DNA from: Pseudomonadota bacterium | GTDB taxonomy: Bacteria > Bdellovibrionota_B > Oligoflexia > Oligoflexales > RGVZ01 | Length of the DNA stretch: 21,686 nt | Reading direction: 5' to 3' | Assembly (NCBI GenBank): GCA_041178085.1 | Contig: JBEGVZ010000005.1 | Span: forward strand, 1 to 21,686 | In this document: piece after piece, positions 1-8,538 of the stretch | How positions within the stretch are numbered: the stretch's first letter is position 1 | How the letters are laid out: each line of letters opens with the position of its first letter | Translations under genes and position numbers: made by a program | Notes under the pieces: generated by a model | What the model saw: only the letters and a program-made list of their open reading frames with translations | Database searches by the model: none | Told to the model about the DNA's origin: nothing

Positions 1-1154
1 GTACAATCTGTACTGCCACTGACTCCAACTTTGAATTTGTAACTGACTACCCCGGTTCCACCAACGGTCACGTTGAGCAGGGTGGTGTTGCTACTACCGG
101 TCGGTTGCCCAGACAAAGAAGCCGTCGGCGGCGTGGTATCCTTGACCCAACTCACAGATGTCGCTTCCGCATATTGACGGAGATTTCCGGCTGCGTCTTT
201 GCCGACAACGCACAGGCGAATGTCTCCATCCGCGATGCCGGCGATGGAGTCGGTGATTTTTGTCCCGGCTGGTATGTCCGAAGATGTGTAGCCCGCACTT
301 TGACCGCAATTTGTGCTGCTCAATGCCCCGAGCTTGTAGCGATAAGAAACCACTTCTGCCCCGCCAACCGTCACGTCCAGCGTTGTCAACTTGCTGATCC
401 CAGACGGCGCGCCGGTGATGGTTGCCGTCACTGGCATTACGAAACTAACGCTTCCGCTGTTGCTGGCTGAGAAACTGTTTCCAGCGAGATCATTCACAGT
501 CAAAAAGATATCGTAAGCGCTGCCTGGATTGAGCACTGAGACATCAAGTATCGATCCCTCGGCACCTGATTGCGTCGTGTCAATTGCATAAATGCCAGGA
601 GAATCCTGACTGCGGATCTGCCACCGATACGATGCGGCCTCATCGACAGCTGGTATTCCGATCGAATTGTTCGACACAGAAATTTCCGGGATGCTGAATA
701 CAATCTCTTTCGTCAATTTATGGATTGTAAACGGGTTTTCAAAAACGGTCCCGTTCTGCTCACTGAGGTATTCCAGGTTGATTTCAATCGGACCATCGAT
801 GACACCCGACAGGTCAACCGATCCCTGAAATGACCTGTCTGATGGATCGCAGTTGAGCACAAGGGTGAGATTCGCCTGGGCAATTGTGGCTCGCACCGAA
901 ACACTGTTGCTGATGCATTTTCCTGAGATAACCAGATTCACGGACGTGAACCGGTTGATGTAGGAGTTTTTTGCGGGCAAAACGGCTGCGACGGCTTCAA
1001 TATCCTCAGGATTTTCCAAAACAGCCATGGCTGGTCCGCGGCTGATGATACCCTTGACAGAGGCCTTGCCAAAAAAATCGCACCCACTGACAAGCATTCC
1101 TGCCACCAGCACAAGTATCAGTCCAAAATTTCCTGACCTGGGTTTCAGCCACAA
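1..1154 (-). CDS. Large Ig-like repeat lipoprotein / putative adhesin, 5' part only (continues off the left edge)
   Basis: Not in the ORF track because it has no stop in the window. Hand translation shows an open minus frame from 1211 to 1. Signal plus lipobox (..GLILVLVAGMLVSG-C), then Ig/Fn3-like segments (TVNDLAGN, LCVVGKDAAGN) and repeated units (ATITGAPSGISKLTTLDVTVGGAEVVSYRYKLG / ASLSGQPTGSSNTTLLNVTVGGTGVVSYKFKVG). Start uncertain: TTG 1154, CTG 1148 (7 nt after AGGAG) or TTG 1187. Confidence 0.88.
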   Translation of the reverse strand, partial: MWLKPRSGNFGLILVLVAGMLVSGCDFFGKASVKGIISRGPAMAVLENPEDIEAVAAVLPAKNSYINRFTSVNLVISGKCISNSVSVRATIAQANLTLVLNCDPSDRSFQGSVDLSGVIDGPIEINLEYLSEQNGTVFENPFTIHKLTKEIVFSIPEISVSNNSIGIPAVDEAASYRWQIRSQDSPGIYAIDTTQSGAEGSILDVSVLNPGSAYDIFLTVNDLAGNSFSASNSGSVSFVMPVTATITGAPSGISKLTTLDVTVGGAEVVSYRYKLGALSSTNCGQSAGYTSSDIPAGTKITDSIAGIADGDIRLCVVGKDAAGNLRQYAEATSVSWVKDTTPPTASLSGQPTGSSNTTLLNVTVGGTGVVSYKFKVGVSGSTDC

Positions 1155-1191
1155 TCTCCTGAAAAGACGTTTTTTTCGTATTCCCAAGAGA

Positions 1192-1219
1192 TCATCGGCA
1201 CTTATCCCGTTTCACCTGA
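1192..1219 (-). promoter_or_regulatory. sigma28 (FliA)-like promoter of the left adhesin gene
   Basis: Minus strand TCAG-N16-GCCGATGA; consensus TAAA-N15-GCCGATAA. The -10 matches 7/8, the -35 is imperfect. Confidence 0.6.
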
Positions 1220-1413
1220 GCTTCTGCCGGACCTGCTGCTTTAATTGAAGGGAACAGTATTCAAGGTGCTGAAATATTTGCCAAAAAAGTCCTTTTTTTT
1301 CGGCGATGAACTTACCGCGGCAGCAGGCGTAAACCACCAGCCATGTGTTCCTGGTCGAATCGACCGAAAGTGACGAAAGAAAGTTTTAATTTAAACCCGG
1401 CAAGATAAGTGCC
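1197..1413. repeat. 10-bp inverted repeat pair bracketing the intergenic region
   Basis: GGCACTTATC at 1197-1206 and GATAAGTGCC at 1404-1413; extends to 14/17 identity (1190-1206 vs 1404-1420). Confidence 0.6.
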
Positions 1414-1421
1414 CGCGATCA

Positions 1422-4400
1422 TCACGGGCAATTCGGGCCTGCCTCCCAGATTTTCCAGATAGCGCTGTAGTAAATATTGTTGTCAGCGGCTCTGTAGCAA
1501 TAGGGATACAGCGTGGTGTTCAGGTCGCAGCTACACTGCGGCGCAACATAGGAATCAGGCTCGATTCGCAGGCGATAGCGCGTCAGATCGGAAGAACTGA
1601 CCAGAAACCCACTCGGCCTGAAGGCTGAATTCTGAATGGCGTTCCACGTCACGTATTCAGCATCCCATAACAAGTTGGGGCTGTTCTCGTAAGTGACCGG
1701 TTTGCTCCAGTCAATAGCATCATAATCGAGAGGGTATCCAAGATCGTCCACTGTGGAGTGGTTTTCGACCAAGTACCATTTGCCAGTACCGTTGTTATTC
1801 TCATCAGTTTGTTCAAATGCGGCACTCCACGTACCACGGAACATTGGTATCACCGCAAATTCAAAGGACATGCCGTTCGGCGCGTAGTTGATTGTGTAAG
1901 CAGTTTGCGGGTCATTCCAGTCATAACGATACTGGCAAGATCCACTCACTTCCGAAGAACTGAAATGTCCCATCGCCGCGCCCCCCATTGAGCCGAACCA
2001 CGGCAGATTTGGAGCGAACCACATGTGCGGTTTTTGGCCTTCATTGGCTGGTATTGCCGACATAATGAACGATTTTCCTGACGGAGACTCGTAGTTGCTA
2101 AAGCCACATTCCTGAGGGCCGTTGAACAAATTATTGAGACCTGATGGCTTCAAGAAAGTGGCTTTCATAGACGTGTAATTTGCAGCTGGATAGAAGTTTT
2201 CCGGATAGCAAAACGTGTGCAGCAGGGCATTCCCAGAATGGGTCGTAGGAGCATTCGTGCCGTCATTAAAAACGACACCCGAGAAAGGCACCTGGAACCG
2301 CTTCATGATTTCGTTTTCAAAAAAGCTTACTTCTGACCTGTCAACTTGATGCCAATTCAGATCTTCTCGCGTAGCCGGGATGTTCTGTTGGTTGCCTACA
2401 TAAGCTGCAATTCTGTCAGTACCGTCGACGGTTTCTACCATCACCATGATGGTGATACCCGCAGCAACTGTCAAAGAGCTGGACGCTGTGTAACCTTCAA
2501 AAGCATGGCCGTGAACCGGAAAATAAAACTGTCCTGGAAGGGGCGAGCGCGAAATATAAGGTTGCTGGTCATCCGAGAAACCTGGCAAATATCCCGCCAC
2601 ATATAAAAACCGGCCCCCGCAGGGCTGCGCAAGACCCAGCACTTTCATTGTTTTCGCAGGTGATGGGGTGCTCGTGTTCCCGCCGCGTGTCGCTGTGGCC
2701 GTGATGGAATAAGAATGGCCTGCCGCGGGCAGGGTCGCATGACCACTCCAAGAATCATAGGCGTTCTCCACAGTCAGGATCAAATCAGTCCCGGCGTATA
2801 CTTTCACCGTGGAAGCATCCTCCGCTCCGTTGCCCGAGATCTCGACGGTCTGCAGATTCGGATTGGTACGGGCAGTGTCTGTGTAAACGTCCACTGTGGC
2901 ACTCGAATTGCCAGCGATCGAAAGGATCGTTGGTGCCACAGGGGTCCCGCTCCCACCACCGCTGGTGTTGGTGAATGTTGCGGACTCCTCTGGCGAGGCG
3001 TTGCCGGCCTCGTCGCAAACAATGGCACGAAGGTAGTTGGTAGTGGGCGCATTGATCGAAACGGAGACCCCCACTGGGGAACTTCCCGCTTTCACAACCG
3101 AACTGTCCGTGGTCGTACAATCAAGTGGCCCGACGTTGCTTCGCGTGTAGCGAATCTCCACGAAATTTCCCGCGGAAGTGTCAGACGCAGATACATTTAC
3201 CACGAAGTCAGCGGAGTATGATTGGCCGCCTTGGTCAAAAACAGGTAGCTGCGGCGCAGATAAGTCCACGATCATCGACACCATCGGACTCTGCTCACTC
3301 GAGTTGCCAGCAGCATCGGTCGCTGTCGCAGACAGACTGTAGCTGCCGGCAGAAAATGCCGCGGTCGGAGTAAAGCTCCATGTTCCCCCACTACTGGCGG
3401 TTGTGGTCCCGAGCACTCCGCCCTGATCGCGTACTGTGACTGTGACAGCAGAATCTGCAGTGCCGGAGATTGTCGGTGTGGTGTCATTTGTATATGCCGG
3501 GAACGTTGTCTTGCTGGCAACGGAGGTGATGACCGGAGCGGATGGCAAGATGACATCGACTGTCAGAGAGAATTCATCCGTCGACGCACTCTGGTTTCCC
3601 GCTTCATCGATAGCCTTGGCCTTGATTTTGTAGGTGCCGGCCGCCAGGTTTGTGGCAGGAGACCATGTCCACGTGCCAGCGCCGCTTGTGGTGACGGTCG
3701 CCAGGACCTGCGCTCCGTTCATCAGTGAGACCGTTGCTCCGGCCTCGGCAGTTCCAGTAAAGACCGGTTTTTGGTTGGAAGTCGTCGCGGGTGAAGTTGC
3801 ATCACCGGCGATGGAGGAGATGACTGGTGTTGCCGGTGCGACGCTGTCGTGGACATAATCGACCAACGGAACACATGCCGACGCTACCCCGTTTACGGCG
3901 GTGTATTTGCCCCGGATTGCCGTAGTGCTGTTTGCCGTGACAGAACCTGCATTGATCGTCAAGGTAGCTCCAGCAGTGACTGGGACTCCGCTCCCGAGTG
4001 ACACGCTGCAGCCGGCGTCACTGTAAATCCCTACTGTGCCACCAGCACCATTGGGTTTGACTTTGACCACCGGGGTTTGGTCTAGGCCTGGGCTTGATGG
4101 CTGGGTCGACACAAAAGAGAGTCTGGGTGTCCGACTGAATGTCGCAGTATTGGATGACTCTGTTTCGTTGCCGGCTACGTCGATTGCGACCATCGAAACC
4201 GTGTAATTCACACCCACTGGCAGGCCTGTGACCGCCACCGAAGTCGATCCGGATTCGACCGCTACCGGCACTCCACCACCGGCAGGCGTGAATTCCAGGC
4301 GATAGGCGACAGCGCCTTGTACCGGTTCGAGTTCAATACCCCCGATTCCGTCCACGAGTTGGGGTGGTAACTGGAACGCCGGAGGTGGAACGGTAAGTTT

Positions 4401-4808
4401 TGAGTATTTCTGGGTTGTCTCAAACATTGGCTTTGAGCCGTCCCCCAAAAAAGAAATGGTCAACGGCACCTCGCCATCTGGAAGGGCACTCAAGTCCAAG
4501 TCCGCCGAAAACGTTCCGTCGCTACCGCTGCATGAAACGGTCAAATTCACCGTCCCGCTGCTATCCGCAATGCGGATCTCGAGCGAACCCTGAATGCAAG
4601 TTCCTGTTATCCGGAAGGTAGCTGAAGTACGCTTGCTGGCATAAGTACCTTCTGGGGGTACAATCCCAGTTGCCTGCTTGATTTGTTCTTCAGACATCGT
4701 GCTGGAAATCGTCGCGCCACGCTTGATTTTTGGCTCGACCTTGCCCTCACCGGCAAGGGAGCATCCCGCCAGAACGACTCCGATAGAAGTGATTGTAATC
4801 CAGCGCAC
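1422..4808 (-). CDS. Giant Ig-like (Big/Fn3/CHB_HEX_C-like) repeat lipoprotein, putative adhesin with an unknown C-terminal domain
   Basis: ORF is open to 4898, but GTG 4808 has GGGAG 7 nt upstream, lies downstream of a perfect sigma28 promoter and gives a clean signal MRWITITSIGVVLAG-C. BapA-like Big repeats (PVFTGTAEAGATV..GTWTWSP..AIDEAGN; PTISGTADS..GTWSFTP..ATDAAGN), a P-F..Y..V..IRYT segment like CHB_HEX_C/Fn3-associated domains, and ~400 aa aromatic/Cys-rich C terminus. Confidence 0.9.
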   Translation of the reverse strand: MRWITITSIGVVLAGCSLAGEGKVEPKIKRGATISSTMSEEQIKQATGIVPPEGTYASKRTSATFRITGTCIQGSLEIRIADSSGTVNLTVSCSGSDGTFSADLDLSALPDGEVPLTISFLGDGSKPMFETTQKYSKLTVPPPAFQLPPQLVDGIGGIELEPVQGAVAYRLEFTPAGGGVPVAVESGSTSVAVTGLPVGVNYTVSMVAIDVAGNETESSNTATFSRTPRLSFVSTQPSSPGLDQTPVVKVKPNGAGGTVGIYSDAGCSVSLGSGVPVTAGATLTINAGSVTANSTTAIRGKYTAVNGVASACVPLVDYVHDSVAPATPVISSIAGDATSPATTSNQKPVFTGTAEAGATVSLMNGAQVLATVTTSGAGTWTWSPATNLAAGTYKIKAKAIDEAGNQSASTDEFSLTVDVILPSAPVITSVASKTTFPAYTNDTTPTISGTADSAVTVTVRDQGGVLGTTTASSGGTWSFTPTAAFSAGSYSLSATATDAAGNSSEQSPMVSMIVDLSAPQLPVFDQGGQSYSADFVVNVSASDTSAGNFVEIRYTRSNVGPLDCTTTDSSVVKAGSSPVGVSVSINAPTTNYLRAIVCDEAGNASPEESATFTNTSGGGSGTPVAPTILSIAGNSSATVDVYTDTARTNPNLQTVEISGNGAEDASTVKVYAGTDLILTVENAYDSWSGHATLPAAGHSYSITATATRGGNTSTPSPAKTMKVLGLAQPCGGRFLYVAGYLPGFSDDQQPYISRSPLPGQFYFPVHGHAFEGYTASSSLTVAAGITIMVMVETVDGTDRIAAYVGNQQNIPATREDLNWHQVDRSEVSFFENEIMKRFQVPFSGVVFNDGTNAPTTHSGNALLHTFCYPENFYPAANYTSMKATFLKPSGLNNLFNGPQECGFSNYESPSGKSFIMSAIPANEGQKPHMWFAPNLPWFGSMGGAAMGHFSSSEVSGSCQYRYDWNDPQTAYTINYAPNGMSFEFAVIPMFRGTWSAAFEQTDENNNGTGKWYLVENHSTVDDLGYPLDYDAIDWSKPVTYENSPNLLWDAEYVTWNAIQNSAFRPSGFLVSSSDLTRYRLRIEPDSYVAPQCSCDLNTTLYPYCYRAADNNIYYSAIWKIWEAGPNCP

Positions 4809-4828
4809 GGTCTTACTCCCATGGAAAA

Positions 4829-4855
4829 TTATCGGCCAAAGATGAGTAATCTTTA
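4829..4855 (-). promoter_or_regulatory. sigma28 (FliA) promoter
   Basis: Minus strand TAAA-GATTACTCATCTTTG(15 nt)-GCCGATAA, an exact match to the consensus TAAA-N15-GCCGATAA. Confidence 0.85.
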
Positions 4856-5081
4856 ATGCCCGAAGACTCGACTGGTCCGACAATAAATCAATTTTCATGG
4901 GTACTTGGCGGAGAGGCCGTCAACAGCTAAGACACAAGGGTTGCAGATGATGGGCGAATGGCAAGTCCAATCGGATCGGTCTTTGGCCATTACGATTTCG
5001 AGAAGTGGGTGTGGTCCCTCGCTGGTAACGCTTGCGAAGTTTGGTTATAATTTGCAGAAAACGTTATCTGGAGGGCATCCC

Positions 5082-6431
5082 TTGCGCTGCTTTAACGCAA
5101 AAAAAATCGCTTCATCTGTTGTCGGAATTGCCTTGTCCGTGGGGTGTGGCAAAAAAGACGAAAAGAGCGACGAAGGAGCCCAGGCTCCCACAGGGGCGCT
5201 GGCGATCATGCAGGCAGCTGAGACTGCACTGGTGTCTGCCTTGACAGTGCCTGGGGTAGACTCCAAGCTTGCGGGCGGCGTGGCCGGGGTCGTTTTAAAT
5301 ACCAAGGGACTGAGGACCGTTGCTGGAACTGACTACTGCGCGAATTCCAGTGGCATGCCGATTCATGCAGATGCGAGTAAGAATGATACTGGTCCAGATG
5401 GCGAGAAGTTCATGTCGCGAACCCTCGCGGAGTATCCGGGGTCGCTGTTCTACTGCAAGCTTAATAAAAACACGTACAACTTCACGACGGTTTTGGGGGC
5501 ACCAGCCCTTGCCAAGACTTTGATCTGCGGTGGCGGCGAGAATCTTGTGGCAGGTGCTGGCCCCGTCCGCGTGAGTATGAAGTCCGACAACCCTTGCGTG
5601 GTTGATCCTGATATCAAAGCGATGATTGATGCGTCATCTAATGATGGTGGCATGGATGGGACCTGGACTTATGACGTCATGATGGTCAAGCCTTCAGCTC
5701 GTGCGGCGGATGGCTGGGATTATGACGTTTATGCAGGAGATCTGTCGGACGGTTCGCAAGCGAAATTGGATTCGGCTTTTGTGCGCATGTCCTTCAAGGC
5801 AAGCGGCGCTGAAGCGGGCTTCATGTTCTACACGGATGAGCCAAACGGTTCAGGATTCGGCGGAGACACGTTTCAGTTGATGTTCAAGGTTGGATCCTCG
5901 GGACAGCTGCGATTTGAGACGCGTCGCCAGTTTGTTGAATGCACGTCGTCAACCAGCTGCAATTCCGGCAATCGAAAGTATACCCGCCACAGCCGCATGT
6001 TTGCGACTGGCTCGGTTGATTCGGAAGGTAAGTTCTCAAGTCTTTCAAATCTCTCCGCGGTTGATTCTTCTTTCGATTGGAACAGTAGCCAGGCTCTGAC
6101 CGAGGGACCCGTTAATGTTGAAATATTTACGATGAATGGTAACGCGACGTCTGGTTTCCTGACGTCTGGTTTTAATAAGTCTTCATCTGCGAGCGGTTCT
6201 GGGTTTCCGGCAACATTCAATATGTTGGCTGCCACCAGCGCGTCGGGCAATGTTTGCTACGGCGGTGACGGGACATGTGCTGGAGTGACGGCTCTCAAGC
6301 CTGCCGCTGATGCCGACATGGCTTTCTTTCTCGACCCGCGCAGTTCCTCCACGACCAAGCCATTGGCGTGGTTTAAGGCGGCGAAGCCCCTCGCATTTAC
6401 TTCGCTTACTTTTGCCGAATCCCAGGAATGA
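5082..6431 (+). CDS. Hypothetical Cys-containing lipoprotein (~449 aa)
   Basis: ORF is open from 4905; TTG 5082 has GGAGG 7 nt upstream and TATAAT at 5046-5051. Signal MRCFNAKKIASSVVGIALSVG-C then GKKD; beta-rich C-terminal half. Confidence 0.82.
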   Translation: MRCFNAKKIASSVVGIALSVGCGKKDEKSDEGAQAPTGALAIMQAAETALVSALTVPGVDSKLAGGVAGVVLNTKGLRTVAGTDYCANSSGMPIHADASKNDTGPDGEKFMSRTLAEYPGSLFYCKLNKNTYNFTTVLGAPALAKTLICGGGENLVAGAGPVRVSMKSDNPCVVDPDIKAMIDASSNDGGMDGTWTYDVMMVKPSARAADGWDYDVYAGDLSDGSQAKLDSAFVRMSFKASGAEAGFMFYTDEPNGSGFGGDTFQLMFKVGSSGQLRFETRRQFVECTSSTSCNSGNRKYTRHSRMFATGSVDSEGKFSSLSNLSAVDSSFDWNSSQALTEGPVNVEIFTMNGNATSGFLTSGFNKSSSASGSGFPATFNMLAATSASGNVCYGGDGTCAGVTALKPAADADMAFFLDPRSSSTTKPLAWFKAAKPLAFTSLTFAESQE

Positions 6432-6437
6432 TATTAG

Positions 6438-6463
6438 GCCCCCGGAAGATTTCTTCCGGGGGC
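6438..6463. terminator. GC-rich hairpin after the 5082-6431 gene (terminator or 3' stabiliser)
   Basis: GCCCCCGGAAG-ATTT-CTTCCGGGGGC, 11-bp perfect stem just after the stop; no clear U tract. Confidence 0.6.
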
Positions 6464-6522
6464 TGAATACGCCTGTAATTTTCCAAGCTACCTTGACCTA
6501 AGGTGAAAGTGGTTTTTTTTGC

Positions 6523-6550
6523 TAAAGTTCTGACCTCTACTTTCCGATAA
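6523..6550 (+). promoter_or_regulatory. sigma28-like promoter of the 6596-9221 operon
   Basis: TAAAGTTC...TCCGATAA (TAAA-N16-TCCGATAA), 45 nt upstream of the ATG. Confidence 0.72.
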
Positions 6551-6595
6551 AGTTCGATAATTTGTTACAATTCAGGAAACACCAAGAGGTTTTCC

Positions 6596-7846
6596 ATGCA
6601 AAGACGCAATGCCTTGGGCATCGCCGCGGTGGTTATTTTTTTCGCCGCGATCGACGGTCGCAAATCCAACGCAGGGTCTGATCCGACTCCGACCCCCACG
6701 CCGACACCGGTACTGCCAACGCCGACACCGTTCGTTCCCGCTCCCACACCTCCCGCGTCACGGCAGTTCATGGAATTTGCGGTCACTCCGTTTGCCAACA
6801 TGGAGCACGGCTTCCATATCTTTGAACCTGGCTACCGTGCGGTTTGCGAGGATGGTTCAGGTGTAGTGGCAACTGCTACTTTGACCGTCGATGCAGGCAT
6901 CAACGGCGAGGCGATTGCCGGCAGCGGTGCTTATCCATCCCTGATTATCAGGCCCGTCGCGCAATACATTCGAAGCGGTGCTACTTCGGGAAGTTGCAAC
7001 ATGAGCATCTGCCTCGATTCCAACGCTGCCCAGCCGCAGGCGCGGGCAAGCTGTCAGTCGACCCAGAGCGTGGTCGGCGCGGATGGTGAGCGGGCGACGT
7101 CATGGTCCGGTCAGGTCTCCTATCAGGTGAAGGGGGACACCGTCTCTGTCCAGACGGGCTCACCAGGACTTTCTGCGTGGCATCCCGTGTTTTCCTTTGC
7201 GATGCCAAACAAGGCATTTAAAGACTTCCAGTCCCCGCTGGTCGTTGATTTGAACCGCGATGGCAAGCTGGACCTGGTCAATGTCAACGCCAAAGGCAAG
7301 CCGGTGCGCTTTGACATCAAGCTTGAAGGCAAGAAAGTCCGCACGGGTTGGGTGGGAGCGAAGGATGCTCTCCTTGCCGTGGATTTGAATCATAACGGCA
7401 AGATCGATGATGCTGGTGAATTGTTCGGCGAATACTTCTCTGGCGAAGTGATGGGATCCAAGCCCTATCGCAATGGTTTTGAGGCCCTTTCATCCTATGA
7501 CAGCAACCGTGATGGCACTGTATCGGGACTTGATGGGCAATTTGCTGACTTGCTCGTATGGCAGGACCGCAACCAGGATGGCATCAGCCAGCGTAGTGAA
7601 CTGCGCAGCCTGGAGGCAACTGGCATCAAGACGATAAGCCTGGCTATGAGTTTCCCTATGGAGAACGAGGGCTTGACGAAGAAATTCGAAAAGGTCGCTG
7701 GCAATGAAGTGCGCATCCATGGTGCGATGACCTGGGTGGATGGAGCTCAAGGTCTGGTGGCTGACGTATGGTTCCAGGTTCGCGGGGAGCCCGTGGCGCT
7801 TGACGCCCACAGGAAGTGGCTGACCAGCAAAGGAGTCGTCAAATGA
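6596..7846 (+). CDS. Secreted protein: Pro/Thr linker, 4-Cys domain, C-terminal FrpC-like self-processing module (SPM, EF-hand-like Ca2+ loops), Ser-Pro variant
   Basis: RBS GAGG at 6586-6589; signal peptide; PTPTPTPTP linker. From S213-P214: SPLVVDLNRDG..FD..RTGWV..DALLAVDLNHNGKIDDAGELFGE..NGFEALSSYDSNRDG..FADLLVWQDRNQDGISQRSELRSL..GI, matching the motif order of the Neisseria FrpC SPM as recalled. Confidence 0.85.
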   Translation: MQRRNALGIAAVVIFFAAIDGRKSNAGSDPTPTPTPTPVLPTPTPFVPAPTPPASRQFMEFAVTPFANMEHGFHIFEPGYRAVCEDGSGVVATATLTVDAGINGEAIAGSGAYPSLIIRPVAQYIRSGATSGSCNMSICLDSNAAQPQARASCQSTQSVVGADGERATSWSGQVSYQVKGDTVSVQTGSPGLSAWHPVFSFAMPNKAFKDFQSPLVVDLNRDGKLDLVNVNAKGKPVRFDIKLEGKKVRTGWVGAKDALLAVDLNHNGKIDDAGELFGEYFSGEVMGSKPYRNGFEALSSYDSNRDGTVSGLDGQFADLLVWQDRNQDGISQRSELRSLEATGIKTISLAMSFPMENEGLTKKFEKVAGNEVRIHGAMTWVDGAQGLVADVWFQVRGEPVALDAHRKWLTSKGVVK

Positions 7847-8538
7847 GAAGCGCAAGCCAAAGGATCATTCTGGCAACGGCAGTGTTGGCAGGGGTTTCCC
7901 TGGTGACGGTGGCCTGCCTCAAGAGGAAGTCTGCGGGCAAGGGCGCGCGCATGCTCAGTTTGAACACGACGGTTCAGCGGCAAATTCCTGATGGCTCTGA
8001 TCCGGCACGCTTGTGTGCCTACATTCAAGAAAAAGGTTATTTCCCGTCGAACTCTTATCCGGCAGGCACAAAGGTTTTGTACTCGACTTCTTATGAGATC
8101 GTCGATGATGCGGCCGGTCAGGCTCGCGGTGTGGTTGCTGCCGATGGGACCTTCCAGCAGATTGACAATGTGACGACCCAGCTTCTGCTTTGTCCAGGAG
8201 CCGTGGGCGGCATTCAGGGTGGGCGCTGCCTCTGGAAGATCAACGGCGATGATGGCTACGCACAGCTGGCTTACGATGTTGTTTGCAACAAACGTTCACG
8301 CGGGGGATCCCAGATCCATCCGGGATATTCCACCATGAAGGCGGCTCATGTCGCCTACCAGGCAAGCACGGCAGGGGACACAGTCAGCGGCAGTGACGCG
8401 ATCGAGGTTACCTTGCAGAGCCGTGATTCCCTTGCCCGCATCCTGTTTGCAAAGGGCACGGGCCTGGTAGCTACCCTGTTTCAGGAGTCCTCCCAGCCGG
8501 CGGGTACCGCAGAAGTATTCATAGGAGCCGGGCGTTGA
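7843..8538 (+). CDS. Hypothetical lipoprotein, possibly DUF3108/TapB-like (LolA-like fold)
   Basis: ATG 7843 overlaps the upstream TGA (ATGA); AGGAG at 7831-7835; lipobox VTVA-C. N-terminal GYFP..G...Y and C-terminal FAKGTGLV motifs resemble the DUF3108-like family. Confidence 0.75.
   Translation: MRSASQRIILATAVLAGVSLVTVACLKRKSAGKGARMLSLNTTVQRQIPDGSDPARLCAYIQEKGYFPSNSYPAGTKVLYSTSYEIVDDAAGQARGVVAADGTFQQIDNVTTQLLLCPGAVGGIQGGRCLWKINGDDGYAQLAYDVVCNKRSRGGSQIHPGYSTMKAAHVAYQASTAGDTVSGSDAIEVTLQSRDSLARILFAKGTGLVATLFQESSQPAGTAEVFIGAGR

Noticed and set aside
94..1248. Short ORFs listed in the track at the left edge
   Set aside because: All overlap the long open minus frame (1-1211) that encodes a coherent Ig-repeat lipoprotein.
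1422..2000. Diversity-generating retroelement variable region in the Asn/Tyr-rich adhesin tip
   Set aside because: No near-identical template repeat with adenine-specific mismatches seen, and no reverse transcriptase in the window.
4809..5081. N-terminal extensions of the 1158-aa and 508-aa ORFs (starts 4898 and 4905)
   Set aside because: They would leave 6 bp between divergent genes, bury the promoters and give over-long signal peptides; GTG 4808 and TTG 5082 have good SDs.
6680..6754. Pro/Thr tandem repeat as a contingency locus
   Set aside because: Codons vary between units, so it is a protein linker rather than a slippage-prone DNA repeat.
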